Shown here piece after piece: positions 1 through 8,647 of a DNA stretch of 17,873 nt (positions are counted from its first letter, which is position 1; each line of letters starts with the position of its first letter). The position numbers and the translations under genes were made by a program. A model generated the notes under the pieces. That model had not been told where the DNA came from and did not search any database. It worked only from the letters and a program-made list of their open reading frames with translations. The DNA lies in NCBI RefSeq assembly GCF_006345805.1, contig NW_021824620.1, positions 1 through 17,873 of the forward strand, written 5' to 3'. This DNA is from Octopus sinensis (Eukaryota).

Positions 1-234
1 TCCATGAGAATACAATATAGCACAAAAAACAATGCTGTTCAATATCATTTACCAATAATCAATCACTAAAATGTAATAAAAATCTATAATCTACACACAG
101 CGATATTAGACTGTAAAGTAATAATCTAAGTTTGATTCCTGTTAAGCAATTTTGCTGAAGTTTTCTTACTCCTCCCGGTGCCAGCATAGCGGAATGGTAA
201 TTTCGTTTACGAAGGGGAATATTTCACACAATAC

Positions 235-467
235 AAGGCGGCAAGCTAACAGAAATGTTGGCACGCCGGACGAAATGCTCTGCAGCATTCCGTCCGTCTT
301 AACGTTCTGAGTTCAAATTTTTCAGAGGCCGACTTTGCCTTTCATCCTTTCGGGGTCGATTAAACAAATACCAGTTACGCACGTGGTCGATATAATCGAC
401 TTAATCCGTTTGTCTGTCCTTGTTCGTCCTCTCTGTGTTTAGCCCCTTGTGGGTAGTAAAGAAATAG
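235..467 (+). mobile_element. tRNA-derived SINE, family A (Nin/Deu-like central block), with 3' tail ...TTTAGCCCCTTGTGGGTAGTAAAGAAATA
   Basis: Head AAGGCGGCAAGCTAACAGAAATG, B-box-like GAGTTCAAAT, central GACTTTGCCTTTCATCCTTTCGGGGTCGAT...ATACCAG. Homologous copies at 626, 1213, 6299, 15622, 17837. Nin/Deu resemblance is from memory. Confidence 0.85.
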
Positions 468-625
468 GCATTCCGTCTGTCTTAACGTTCTGAGTTCAAA
501 TTTTTTCTGAGGCCGACTTTGCCTTTCATCCTCACAGAGTCAATAGAATAATTACCAGGTGAGCATTGGAATGAATGTAATCGACTTACCTGCTCTCTAG
601 AAATTGCTGCTTTGTGCCAAAATGT
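468..625 (+). mobile_element. Family A SINE internal/3' segment; 468-532 directly repeats 285-348
   Basis: GCATTCCGTC.GTCTTAACGTTCTGAGTTCAAATTTTT..GAGGCCGACTTTGCCTTTCATCCT occurs twice, followed here by a more diverged 3' end ending TTGTGCCAAAATG. Confidence 0.8.
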
Positions 626-827
626 GCTGCCAGAATCGTCAGCACGTCAAGCAAAATGTTTAGCGGTATTTTGTCCGTTTTTACGAGTTCAAATTACGTC
701 GAGGTCGACTTTACCTTTCATTCTTTCGGGGTCGATGAAAGCACCAGATGAGCACTGGAGTCGATGTAATTAACTTAACCCTTCCTCCGAACTTACTGTC
801 CTTGTGCCAAAATTTGAAAACAACATT
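626..827 (+). mobile_element. tRNA-derived SINE, family A
   Basis: GCTGCCAGAATCGTCAGCACG...GAGTTCAAATT...GAGGTCGACTTTACCTTTCATTCTTTCGGGGTCGAT...CTTGTGCCAAAATTTGAAAAC aligns with the other family A copies. Confidence 0.85.
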
Positions 828-886
828 TATTTCTTTACATTATTTACATTATTTGACGGATATTTGTCCTCATCTTGTTTGTTGTT

Positions 887-932
887 AACACAACGTTTCG
901 GTGGATATACCCGCCAGCCTTCTTCAGGTGTC
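887..932 (-). ncRNA. Minimal type I hammerhead ribozyme motif
   Basis: RNA 5'-GACAC CUGAAGA A GGCUGG CGGGUAUAU CCACC GAAA C GUU | GUGUU-3'. Stem I GACAC/GUGUU, intact core, stem II GG(C)UGG/CCACC, palindromic stem III AACGUU, GUU triplet. Confidence 0.7.
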
Positions 933-979
933 TTGGGGAAATTTCGACCCCGGGTTCTCATTCCTAAGGTATTTTTCGA

Positions 980-1073
980 TGTTGTTGTTATTATTATTAT
1001 TATTATTACTATTATTATTATTATTATTACTATTATTATTATTATTACTATTATTATTATTATTGCTATTGTT
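980..1073. repeat. (ATT)n/(ACT) microsatellite inside the SINE
   Basis: Direct reading. Confidence 0.95.
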
Positions 1074-1212
1074 CAGGTCACTGCTTGGAATCGAACTTGG
1101 AATGTTGGAGTTAGCAGCTCGCACTCTTAAACACTATGCTATATGCCCGTAGGCATATCCGTCAAATATAAATAATGTACATAATTCCTCATCTCTTAAA
1201 TATAGAACTGTA

Positions 1213-1406
1213 TTTATTTCTTTATTGCCCGCAGGGAGCTAAACATAGTATAGACAAAGGGATTAAGTCGATTACATCGACCCCAGTGTATAACTGGTAC
1301 TTAATTTATAGACCTCAGCTGAATTTGAACTCAGAACGTAGCGGCAGACGAAATACCGCTAAGAATTTCGCCCGGCGTGCTAACATTTCTGCCAGCTTGC
1401 CGCCTT
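1213..1406 (-). mobile_element. tRNA-derived SINE, family A, with internal deletion
   Basis: Reverse complement starts AAGGCGGCAAGCTGGCAGAAATGTTAGCACGCCGGGCG. About 30 bp of the central block between two (T)CGACC repeats is missing. Same tail type as 235-467. Confidence 0.85.
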
Positions 1407-1439
1407 TAAAAACAATATTACATGGAGTATACCAATGAA

Positions 1440-1770
1440 GGAGCATGGCTTAGTGGTTAGAGTGTCGGGCTCACAATTATGAGTTAGTGAGTTCGATTCC
1501 CGGACCAAGCTGACTTGTGTTCTTGCACAAGACATTTTATTTCACGTTGCTCCAGTTTACTCAGCTGTAGAAATGAGTTGCGACGTCACTGGTGCCAAAC
1601 TGTATCGGCCTTTGCCTTTCCCTTGGATAACATTGGTACCATGGAGAGGGGAAGCTGGTATGCAGGGGTGACTGCTGATTTGCATAAACAACCTTTCCCT
1701 GACTTGTGCCTCTGAGGGCAACTCTAGGTGCATCCAACAGTCATTCATGACCGAAGGGGTCTTTACCCTT
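1440..1770 (+). mobile_element. tRNA-derived SINE, family B (CORE/Meta-like body)
   Basis: A box TGGCTTAGTGG (1446-1456), B box GTTCGATTCC (1491-1500), then TGTGTTCTTGCACAAGACATTTTATTTCACGTTGCTCCAG...CTCAGCTG. Domain assignment is from memory. Confidence 0.8.
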
Positions 1771-2415
1771 ATTATGAATACAAGGTATTCTTAAAACTAA
1801 ATCTGGTAGTCGGTCCCTGGTTCCGGATCTTCAAGGTTATGAAAACTGTGGGGCCCCGTTCTTAACCACTATTGTTTCCAGGTCTACTCTGACCACTAGT
1901 AGTAGTAGTAGTAGTACCTGAAAGAGCCCCAGCTCTAGTTTAATCAGCATGTCACGGAATTGTCTCCCGAAGAAAGTCAATCAGAGAATCCCATCGGAGC
2001 CAGGGCAGATGAGATGAGGACATTTCAAATCTTTAATTGCTTATCATAGAAGGTAACCCCATCCTGATAAGCACTGGACGCGTAGCGAGTGGAGTTGCTT
2101 CTACACACACCGTCCCCACTATAATAATATCATTCATCGTGTAGGTTGTTTAGCAAACCAAGACACTCGTGCCAATACTATCATACTTTCTTCACAATTG
2201 TATTGGCAATTAGGAAAAAGGTGACGGGGAGGAGATAGAGGGTGCTATTGAAAATATTCAACTTTGACCCTGAATATAGAGCTGGTCGTTGTGACGGTCG
2301 TTCTCCCCAATTCAACATTATGTATCAGTATCATGCTGAACCTTCATTGGTCTAGAGAGTCCATCGTGAATACAAGGAGGATTTAAAGAATATTAAAGTG
2401 TCCTTCGTGATATAC

Positions 2416-2985
2416 CATGCGCGGACAATTCGCCGACAGACAATTCGCCGACAGACAATTCGACTACAGACTATTCGACGACAGACAATTCGTCGACAGA
2501 CAATTCGCCGACAAACAATTCACAGACAGACAATTCACTGACAGACAATTCGTCGGCAGACAATCTGTCGACAGACAATTCGCTGACAGACAATTTGTCG
2601 ACAGACAATCTTCCGACAGACAATTCGCTAACAGACAATTCGCCGACAGACAATTCATCGACAGACAATTCGTGGAGAGACAATTCGCCGACAGACAATT
2701 CATCGACAGACAATTCGTCAAGAGACAATTCGCCGACAGACAATTCATCGACAGACAATTCATCGAGAGACAATTCGCCGACAGACAATTCATCGACAGA
2801 CAATTCGTCAAGAGACAATTCGCCGACAGACAATTCTTACGTAATATCTTTTTATAAATAAATTTACTTAATTTTTTAAAAAATGTCAACAAATTGTCTT
2901 TTCGGCTAATTGTTCGATCGGTCAATTGCCCTGTCTGTAAGTTGTCTGTCGGCCAAATATCTGATGACAAATTGTCCGCCTGCTA
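2416..2985. mobile_element. Foldback-type non-autonomous DNA transposon with inverted subterminal 15-bp repeat arrays
   Basis: Perfect 10-bp inverted termini GCGGACAATT (2421-2430) / AATTGTCCGC (2970-2979). About 28 units on the left, about 6 degenerate inverted units at 2891-2979, AT-rich spacer 2838-2890. Possible imperfect TSD TGATATAC (2408-2415) / TGATATGC (2986-2993). Confidence 0.65.
2423..2837 (+). repeat. 15-bp minisatellite (GACAATTCGCCGACA)n with a 45-bp higher-order period in its 3' half
   Basis: The translated track shows about 28 pentamers; units 15-26 cycle as AD/ID/V(E,K) triplets. Confidence 0.95.
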
Positions 2986-3650
2986 TGATATGCAGGGATG
3001 ACGCTAGGAAGTGCGGGTCCCAAGCTGAAAATTGTTGTTTTATGTATCGCGTAGAACGCCAATCCCAGCCAAAAAGTGCTGAGGGCTTGAGGCTCCGCTA
3101 TTAGCCAGAATGGTATACTAAGAATCCATCATAGCGTCCTCCGCTCGAGCGTGTACGCGAAACCCTCTCTTGGCGCAGGGCCCAGTTTGAACAAATCCGT
3201 CTAAATGGGTTACGACTGTTAACTTGGAATTTATATATTTGCTATCATGAGTATTATTAGGAAATATTGCATACATACAATAATTATAATTCGACTTTTA
3301 TCAAATTTTTTGCTGCTTATACAATATGATGAGACGAATACTAACCTTCAAAAGAAGAATATTTATTACTTTAAAATAAAATTAAATAAAACAAATTTCT
3401 CATTTGTGTATTTTCAAATAAATATATTTTATTGTTTTACTGTCTTATCAACATACGTCAATCTACATCTATCTTTGCAAATATATTTATTACAAGTAAA
3501 TATATTTTATTATTTTACGATATTTTATCAACGTAATCACAATCTACTCCTATCTCAGACAAAATTTCATTTAAAAGATTATATAGTTTTTCGAAAGTTA
3601 TCAGTTTTCAGAGTTATCATTGCCTGTCATCAAGCCTTGTATGAACCTGT

Positions 3651-3743
3651 TCGTGAAATTGATGTGCAAGTGACAGAGCACTCTACAAACATGCGTGCTC
3701 ACAACGTAGTTGTCAGGGAGATTCAGCGTGACACAGCGTGACA
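3651..3743 (-). mobile_element. Fragment of the family C SINE internal domain
   Basis: CGTGAAATTGATGTGCAAGTGACAGAGCACTC...ATTCAGCGTGACACAG matches the reverse complement of about 14637-14728. Confidence 0.75.
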
Positions 3744-4275
3744 CATACACACATACATGCACATACATACACATATACATACATATATGTATAGAGAATT
3801 GGTTGATTTAATTAGTACTCGAAGTCTTACACACGCAGAGTACACATTTTATAGTAGAAGATCATCCGAAAACGTTCCAGATAGGCAAGCTGTCACGTGA
3901 TCCAGTATGTGATAGGTTAGACATATTGGTTTCGGGAGTACTGTTTTATAAAACACCACTTCTACATCTGCTGTCATCAAACTACATTTCTATCGCATTT
4001 GATGACTGGCGTTTGAAAGGCAAGGCTTGGATCCTCAGATATTTCAAAGCTGTTCGAACAGTAACACCATTGAAGCCGGCAATAAGATAATATATTAAAT
4101 CTCCGTTAATAATAGTGCTGGATGTTTTAGCAACCAGAAATTTTCATTGAAAACAAGCCTCTAGATTTGTGATTTAAGTTTACTATGCTTTCATTGACAA
4201 TATTCCTTGTTATTTGAGAGCATTCTGATTCTTGGTTTCTGAGTTTCCAGACGAAATGGTATAACGAGTTTTTTG

Positions 4276-4350
4276 TTCATTGAACTAAACGAATGTGGCT
4301 GTTTTTGAATGTAACTACATTCATTGAACTAAATGAATGTAGCTGCTTTT
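4276..4350. repeat. 44-bp-period tandem duplication
   Basis: TTCATTGAACTAAA(C/T)GAATGT(G/A)GCTG starts at 4276 and 4320; hairpin GAATGTA-AC-TACATTC at the junction. Confidence 0.7.
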
Positions 4351-4643
4351 AATAACGGTTTTGAAAGTGTTTACAGAGGATCTAGTGCAATCTCATTCGA
4401 TAGTCACAATGTTAAGGATAGTACATAAATCACTGTTTAGAAGAGTCAAGAACTGCAGTGGATAGGTGGGGGATTAAAGCAATTTCGTGTTGGTTTTATG
4501 GTGAAGGCCGTGTGCTTACAGAGGGAAGTATGTGACCTGGGACTCATACACCGATCATTTAATACAAAACTTGAAAGAACTATCATCAGTCACAATGAAT
4601 ATAAATTCCTTACTATATATTGTGTATTACTTTTTGTTTCGTA

Positions 4644-4723
4644 TATACAAACACATACAGACACACATATATTTCATACTTATACATACATACATACATA
4701 CATACATACATTTATATGTGTGT
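4644..4723. repeat. (CATA)n/(CA)n microsatellite
   Basis: Direct reading. Confidence 0.85.
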
Positions 4724-5519
4724 AAAGGAGGTTAAAACCTTCAGACGAGTAAATTTCTATTTTTAAAACAATGCTTTGAGAATATAATCATTAGTAAAAG
4801 AAAACAAAATTACATTTTTATCACAAAATTATAGGTCTCAATTGTTTTTAAGCAAATTTAGTCATGCTGTGAGGGAAAGAAACTATATATTGAAATAAAT
4901 TTAAATTATTCTCAGTAGTCATAAAAAAAGAGACCAACTGCCAGCATTATGTGAATTTTGTAAAAGATAGTTGGCGAAATTATAAAATTGTTGTCATGAC
5001 AAATTTTATTCAGTTTATTTTTCATTTTCTTGCAGCATGACTAAATTTATCTAATAACAATTGAAACCGGTAGCATTTTGATAATAATGTAAATATTTTC
5101 TTTTATTCATGATAAACTTCTCAAACCTTCTCCTTTTCATTCATACACATGCATTCATAAGCGTACACATATAAGCATATATGCATACATACATACATAT
5201 AGACATTCATACATACAAAAATACATACATACGTATATATATATGTTTGTGTATATAATCATTGTACGTTGATAATTGATACAGTGGCTACCACTTAGAG
5301 TTTCTCGCCACGTGCAATCCTTCAGCTGTCAAAAAACGTTGGAATGATTGATCAGCATCGATCGAATATTATAATCCAAAGCTGTATGTGTTTAGCCGGT
5401 AATTTGATCTAAGATTATGACTTGGAACTAAAATAATTACATCTTGGTCACTTGCGGTAGTATAACATTATTATGACGATAAGAGAGAACTATGATTTTC
5501 TTTATACATCTATGACCTG

Positions 5520-5882
5520 TTCATACACACACATGAATACACATACATGTATATTTTCTGTGTATATGTGAGTGTGTCCGCGTGTCCGTGTGTCCGTGTG
5601 CGCGTGCATGTGCATATGTATGTATGTGTGTGTGTATGTGTAATACATGTTTGTATATATTATATCTTATATGTTTATACATGCACATTTATTCACACAC
5701 ATACATTTATATATACATATACACTCACACGTATATAGTAATACTGAAATATAGATATACAATACATCATGTATGTAAGTAAGTATACGTTCCTATGTAT
5801 CTCTACCAAACACACATACACATTCACATTCATACACACACATGCACACACACACACACCACACACACATACACACACACAC
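5520..5882. repeat. Compound TG/TA/CA microsatellite
   Basis: Direct reading; TG-rich left part, CA-rich right part. Confidence 0.85.
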
Positions 5883-6069
5883 CTTAATATTTTCCAATTT
5901 GATTTATATTCAGCTATTATATATTCACACTCCCCTTTCAATTATTTGAAAATAAATGTTTGCCTTCACGTTTTTCTTATTATTTATCCTTCCACACACA
6001 CTCCATCTCCACGCACCCCGCCCTCCCGCCAACAATTGCCGTGTAGAACTACAAAGGTCCAGCACTTAC

Positions 6070-6171
6070 CTTCAGAACTTTGTGATCCGACCGTCGACTG
6101 CAACCGTCCACGTAATAAAGACCTCCGCAAACCTCTTCGCTTCAGTTTCAGACGCATAAGTACTTGACCCA
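6070..6171 (-). other. Candidate 102-bp exon
   Basis: Minus strand: T-rich tract + TTCATCAG acceptor, then GAAG|GTAAGT donor. Length is divisible by 3 and one phase 1-1 frame is open (GQVLMRLKLKRRGLRRSLLRGRLQSTVGSQSSE). CpG-rich. No recognised homology. Confidence 0.3.
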
Positions 6172-6175
6172 CTGA

Positions 6176-6198
6176 TGAAAATAATAAAAATAGCAATA

Positions 6199-6259
<61 letters not shown>

Positions 6260-6298
6260 TAGCAATAACATTAATAATAATAAAAATAATAATAATAA
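6176..6298. repeat. (AAT)n microsatellite, tail of the adjacent minus-strand SINE
   Basis: Direct reading; the block AAAATAGCAATAACATTAATAAT occurs twice. Confidence 0.95.
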
Positions 6299-6495
6299 TG
6301 ATTTTGGCTCAAGGCCAGTCATTACGGCGGAGAAGGGGAAGACGATTACATCAGCCCAAGAGTTCAACAAGTACCTATTTCATTGACCCCCCGAAAGGAT
6401 GAAAGGCAAAGTAGACCTCGGCGGAATTTGAACTCAGAACGTAACTACTACGTATTTCGCCCGGCGTGCTAACGTTTCTGCCAGCTCGCCGCCTT
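6299..6495 (-). mobile_element. tRNA-derived SINE, family A
   Basis: Reverse complement AAGGCGGCGAGCTGGCAGAAACGTTAGCACGCCGGGCG...GAGTTCAAATTCCGCCGAGGTCTACTTTGCCTTTCATCCTTTCGG, ending in an (ATT)n tail. Confidence 0.9.
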
Positions 6496-6859
6496 TTGCA
6501 AGAGTGCAAAGTGTCGTAACTAAATACTGCAAGATGCTCTATCGACACTCTAAATATATTCACTGGCCGGTGTTTCGATTCTCAGACCGGGTGTTCAATT
6601 TACTTAGCTCTAAAAGAGAGTATTGGCCTGTCCGTCCGAGGGGCGATGTAGCATCATTCCAAAGTTATAATAATGTGAGCAAATGCACTGTGAGCCAGCG
6701 GTGTTTAACATCATCCGATAGTCTGATCGATAACGTGATAACAGTGATATACTTACTTGGAAATGAATGCGTGGCGTTCAATCATATAATAATATAAATG
6801 ATACATATGTATACATATATACTTATATGTACATATCGTGATGCATATTTGCCATTTGA

Positions 6860-7050
6860 ATATGGCTAACCCCTAAGGGTGGATGCTACTGTAGTTTGTA
6901 GCCCCAGGAAGATACCTCCTCCAGCTGGCTATAGACACACTTTCTGTGCCCTATCAGTATTTGTGAAGGGAAGTCATCCTTCCCGTCTTCAACTTATGAT
7001 ACACACGGACTCGAGTTTCAAGGTATTTACCTATCATCGGCGTGTGACAA
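6860..7050 (-). mobile_element. Short hammerhead-bearing repeat (retrozyme / Penelope pLTR-like); boundaries approximate
   Basis: GC-richer island between TA-rich tracts that contains the hammerhead fold at 7002-7046; no pol III boxes seen. Confidence 0.45.
7002..7046 (-). ncRNA. Minimal type I hammerhead ribozyme motif (degenerate, U4 to C)
   Basis: RNA 5'-CACACG CCGAUGA U AGGU AAAU ACCU U GAAA C UCGA GUC | CGUGUG-3'. Perfect 6-bp stem I, 4-bp stem II, palindromic stem III ACUCGAGU, GUC triplet. Confidence 0.7.
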
Positions 7051-7468
7051 TCATAGTTGTCGACGAGAATTCATACTTGCATATATATGTATATACATAT
7101 GCATATATGGACACAGGATATCGCAGAACGTAAACAACATGAAATACGAAATACGAAAACATGGAATACGAACGTACACGTAGGACACACACCAGAACCT
7201 TAATACTTCATCATTTATCGACCGAAAAAATACTAGTATCATGCTTTTAACGCTAAGACTAGGAACTTCGTATATCGGCGTCACCCTCAAGATTTGCGGA
7301 GAATTAGGATTCGATCAAAGAAAAACAATACGTAGACGTACGAAAGTAAGCAACAGTAATTTGAAACGATAGGCGAAGATCGTAAATGAATATATATAGC
7401 CTTGGGGGCCAAACACGAGAATGATGGATTAACGCTTGCGAGAAATTCTCAAATGGATATAAGGAATA

Positions 7469-7529
7469 GACTGAACCCGGAACCATGTGGTTGGGAAGCA
7501 GTTTCTTACCACTCACCCACGCCTGCACC
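7469..7529 (-). mobile_element. 5' head fragment of SINE family D
   Basis: Reverse complement GGTGCAGGCGTGGGTGAGTGGTAAGAAACTGCTTCCCAACCACATGGTTCCGGGTTCAG matches the heads at 9963 and 12021. Confidence 0.8.
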
Positions 7530-7543
7530 TATGTATATATGTA

Positions 7544-7574
<31 letters not shown>

Positions 7575-7620
7575 TAATATATATATATAGTACATGTGTG
7601 TAATATATATATATATATAT

Positions 7621-7654
<34 letters not shown>

Positions 7655-7791
7655 GATATGTGTGTGTATGTATATATATATATATGTGTGTGTGGTGTGT
7701 GTGTATGTGGTGTGTGCATATATATGTGTGTATAGATAATATATATATATATATATAAAATATATTGTATATACTTATACATATATGTGTG

Positions 7792-7822
<31 letters not shown>

Positions 7823-7848
7823 CACCTGCACACACACACACATATGTG
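7530..7848. repeat. Compound (TA)n/(TG)n/(CA)n microsatellite
   Basis: Direct reading. Confidence 0.95.
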
Positions 7849-8647
7849 ATGTGCTTTAAATACTAGCAAGCATTAGTAGCATGGCATGCTTGTGTTACTA
7901 TTAGGTAACTTGCATATTATCTAATAGTACATGTCTGTGTTACTATTAGGTCACTATAGTTATGCCACATTAAATTCCTTTACGCCGCTATAGTGAATAA
8001 TCCTACATTACACGCTTAACCAGGTATAATGTTGCGTGCATATTCGGGAGCAGGCTATATCGTGGCAATTGAACTACACAGAATTGAAAGAATGGCGTAA
8101 AAGAAGTCACTGATGTTTGAAGCCTACAATTGTATGCTCGTTTCAATAATTTTATGTTTCCACGCAATTATTTCATCAACGAAATAAAATATAATATAAT
8201 ATAATTTAATATTATATGATGTAATATGATACAATATAATATAATATAATATACATACACGCGTTTGAGGAAACAAGCGGGTGAAAATTTTTATATCATC
8301 GTCAGCGTTTGATAATTTACTCTGCTGTTAGTCACAGTTTCTCAGCCCGTGTGATCCTTCAGGCGATAATGGATATATTTGATTTTGGACTTTAATATTA
8401 AATTTGGTCACTGTAACGCTTTTACCGTTAAAGCTTTACAAGTCAAGTAGACGTTATAGGAATTTAACGATATCGCTGCCTTTACGGTATGCTCAAAATC
8501 GTGTTTACAGTTACCACCAGCCACTGTTATAAGAGCGATTTTCCTAATATGGCCTCCGTTTAGCTTGGTGATATTGACGTCGAATGGGTTTTATACGAAT
8601 GCTATTTGTCAGAAACAAGCCACCACCACACACACACACACACATAT

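Larger units (their letters stand above)
838..1211 (-). mobile_element. tRNA-headed SINE with embedded hammerhead motif; 5'-inverted insertion flanked by a 13-bp TSD
   Basis: Minus strand: A-box-like TAGCATAGTGTTTAAG, B box GTTCGATTCC, internal (AAT)n, hammerhead fold. ATTTATTTCTTTA is duplicated at 825-837 and 1212-1224. 1155-1211 is the element tail in + orientation. Confidence 0.75.

Noticed and set aside
1440-1505. SINE heads (also 14407, 12021, 1085-1150) as tRNA genes
   Set aside because: They have A/B boxes but no complete cloverleaf, and they continue into repeat bodies.
2423-2837. CRISPR-like array
   Set aside because: The variable part is only about 4 nt and recurrent, there are no cas genes, and the context is eukaryotic.
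2417-2857. 146-aa pentapeptide (RQFAD)n ORF as a real protein
   Set aside because: The repeat is open in several frames on both strands and recurs inverted at 2891-2979; it is better explained as a transposon subterminal array.
3140-3175. GCGT-GT-ACGC-GAAAC hairpin as a hammerhead half
   Set aside because: No CUGANGA-like core upstream.
3247-3741. 164-aa ORF
   Set aside because: Low-complexity AT-rich sequence whose end is an antisense SINE C fragment.
6745-6760. Minus-strand donor CCAA|GTAAGT
   Set aside because: No acceptor or open exon upstream; the motif is expected by chance.
7860-7955. Short direct and inverted repeats (TGTGTTACTATTAGGT twice; TACTATTAG/CTAATAGTA)
   Set aside because: Too short, with no TSD or family evidence to call an element.
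8335-8365. Hammerhead at CTGAAGG...GAGAAAC (also at about 5298-5328), minus strand
   Set aside because: The core lacks A9, and there is no convincing stem II, UH site or stem I.
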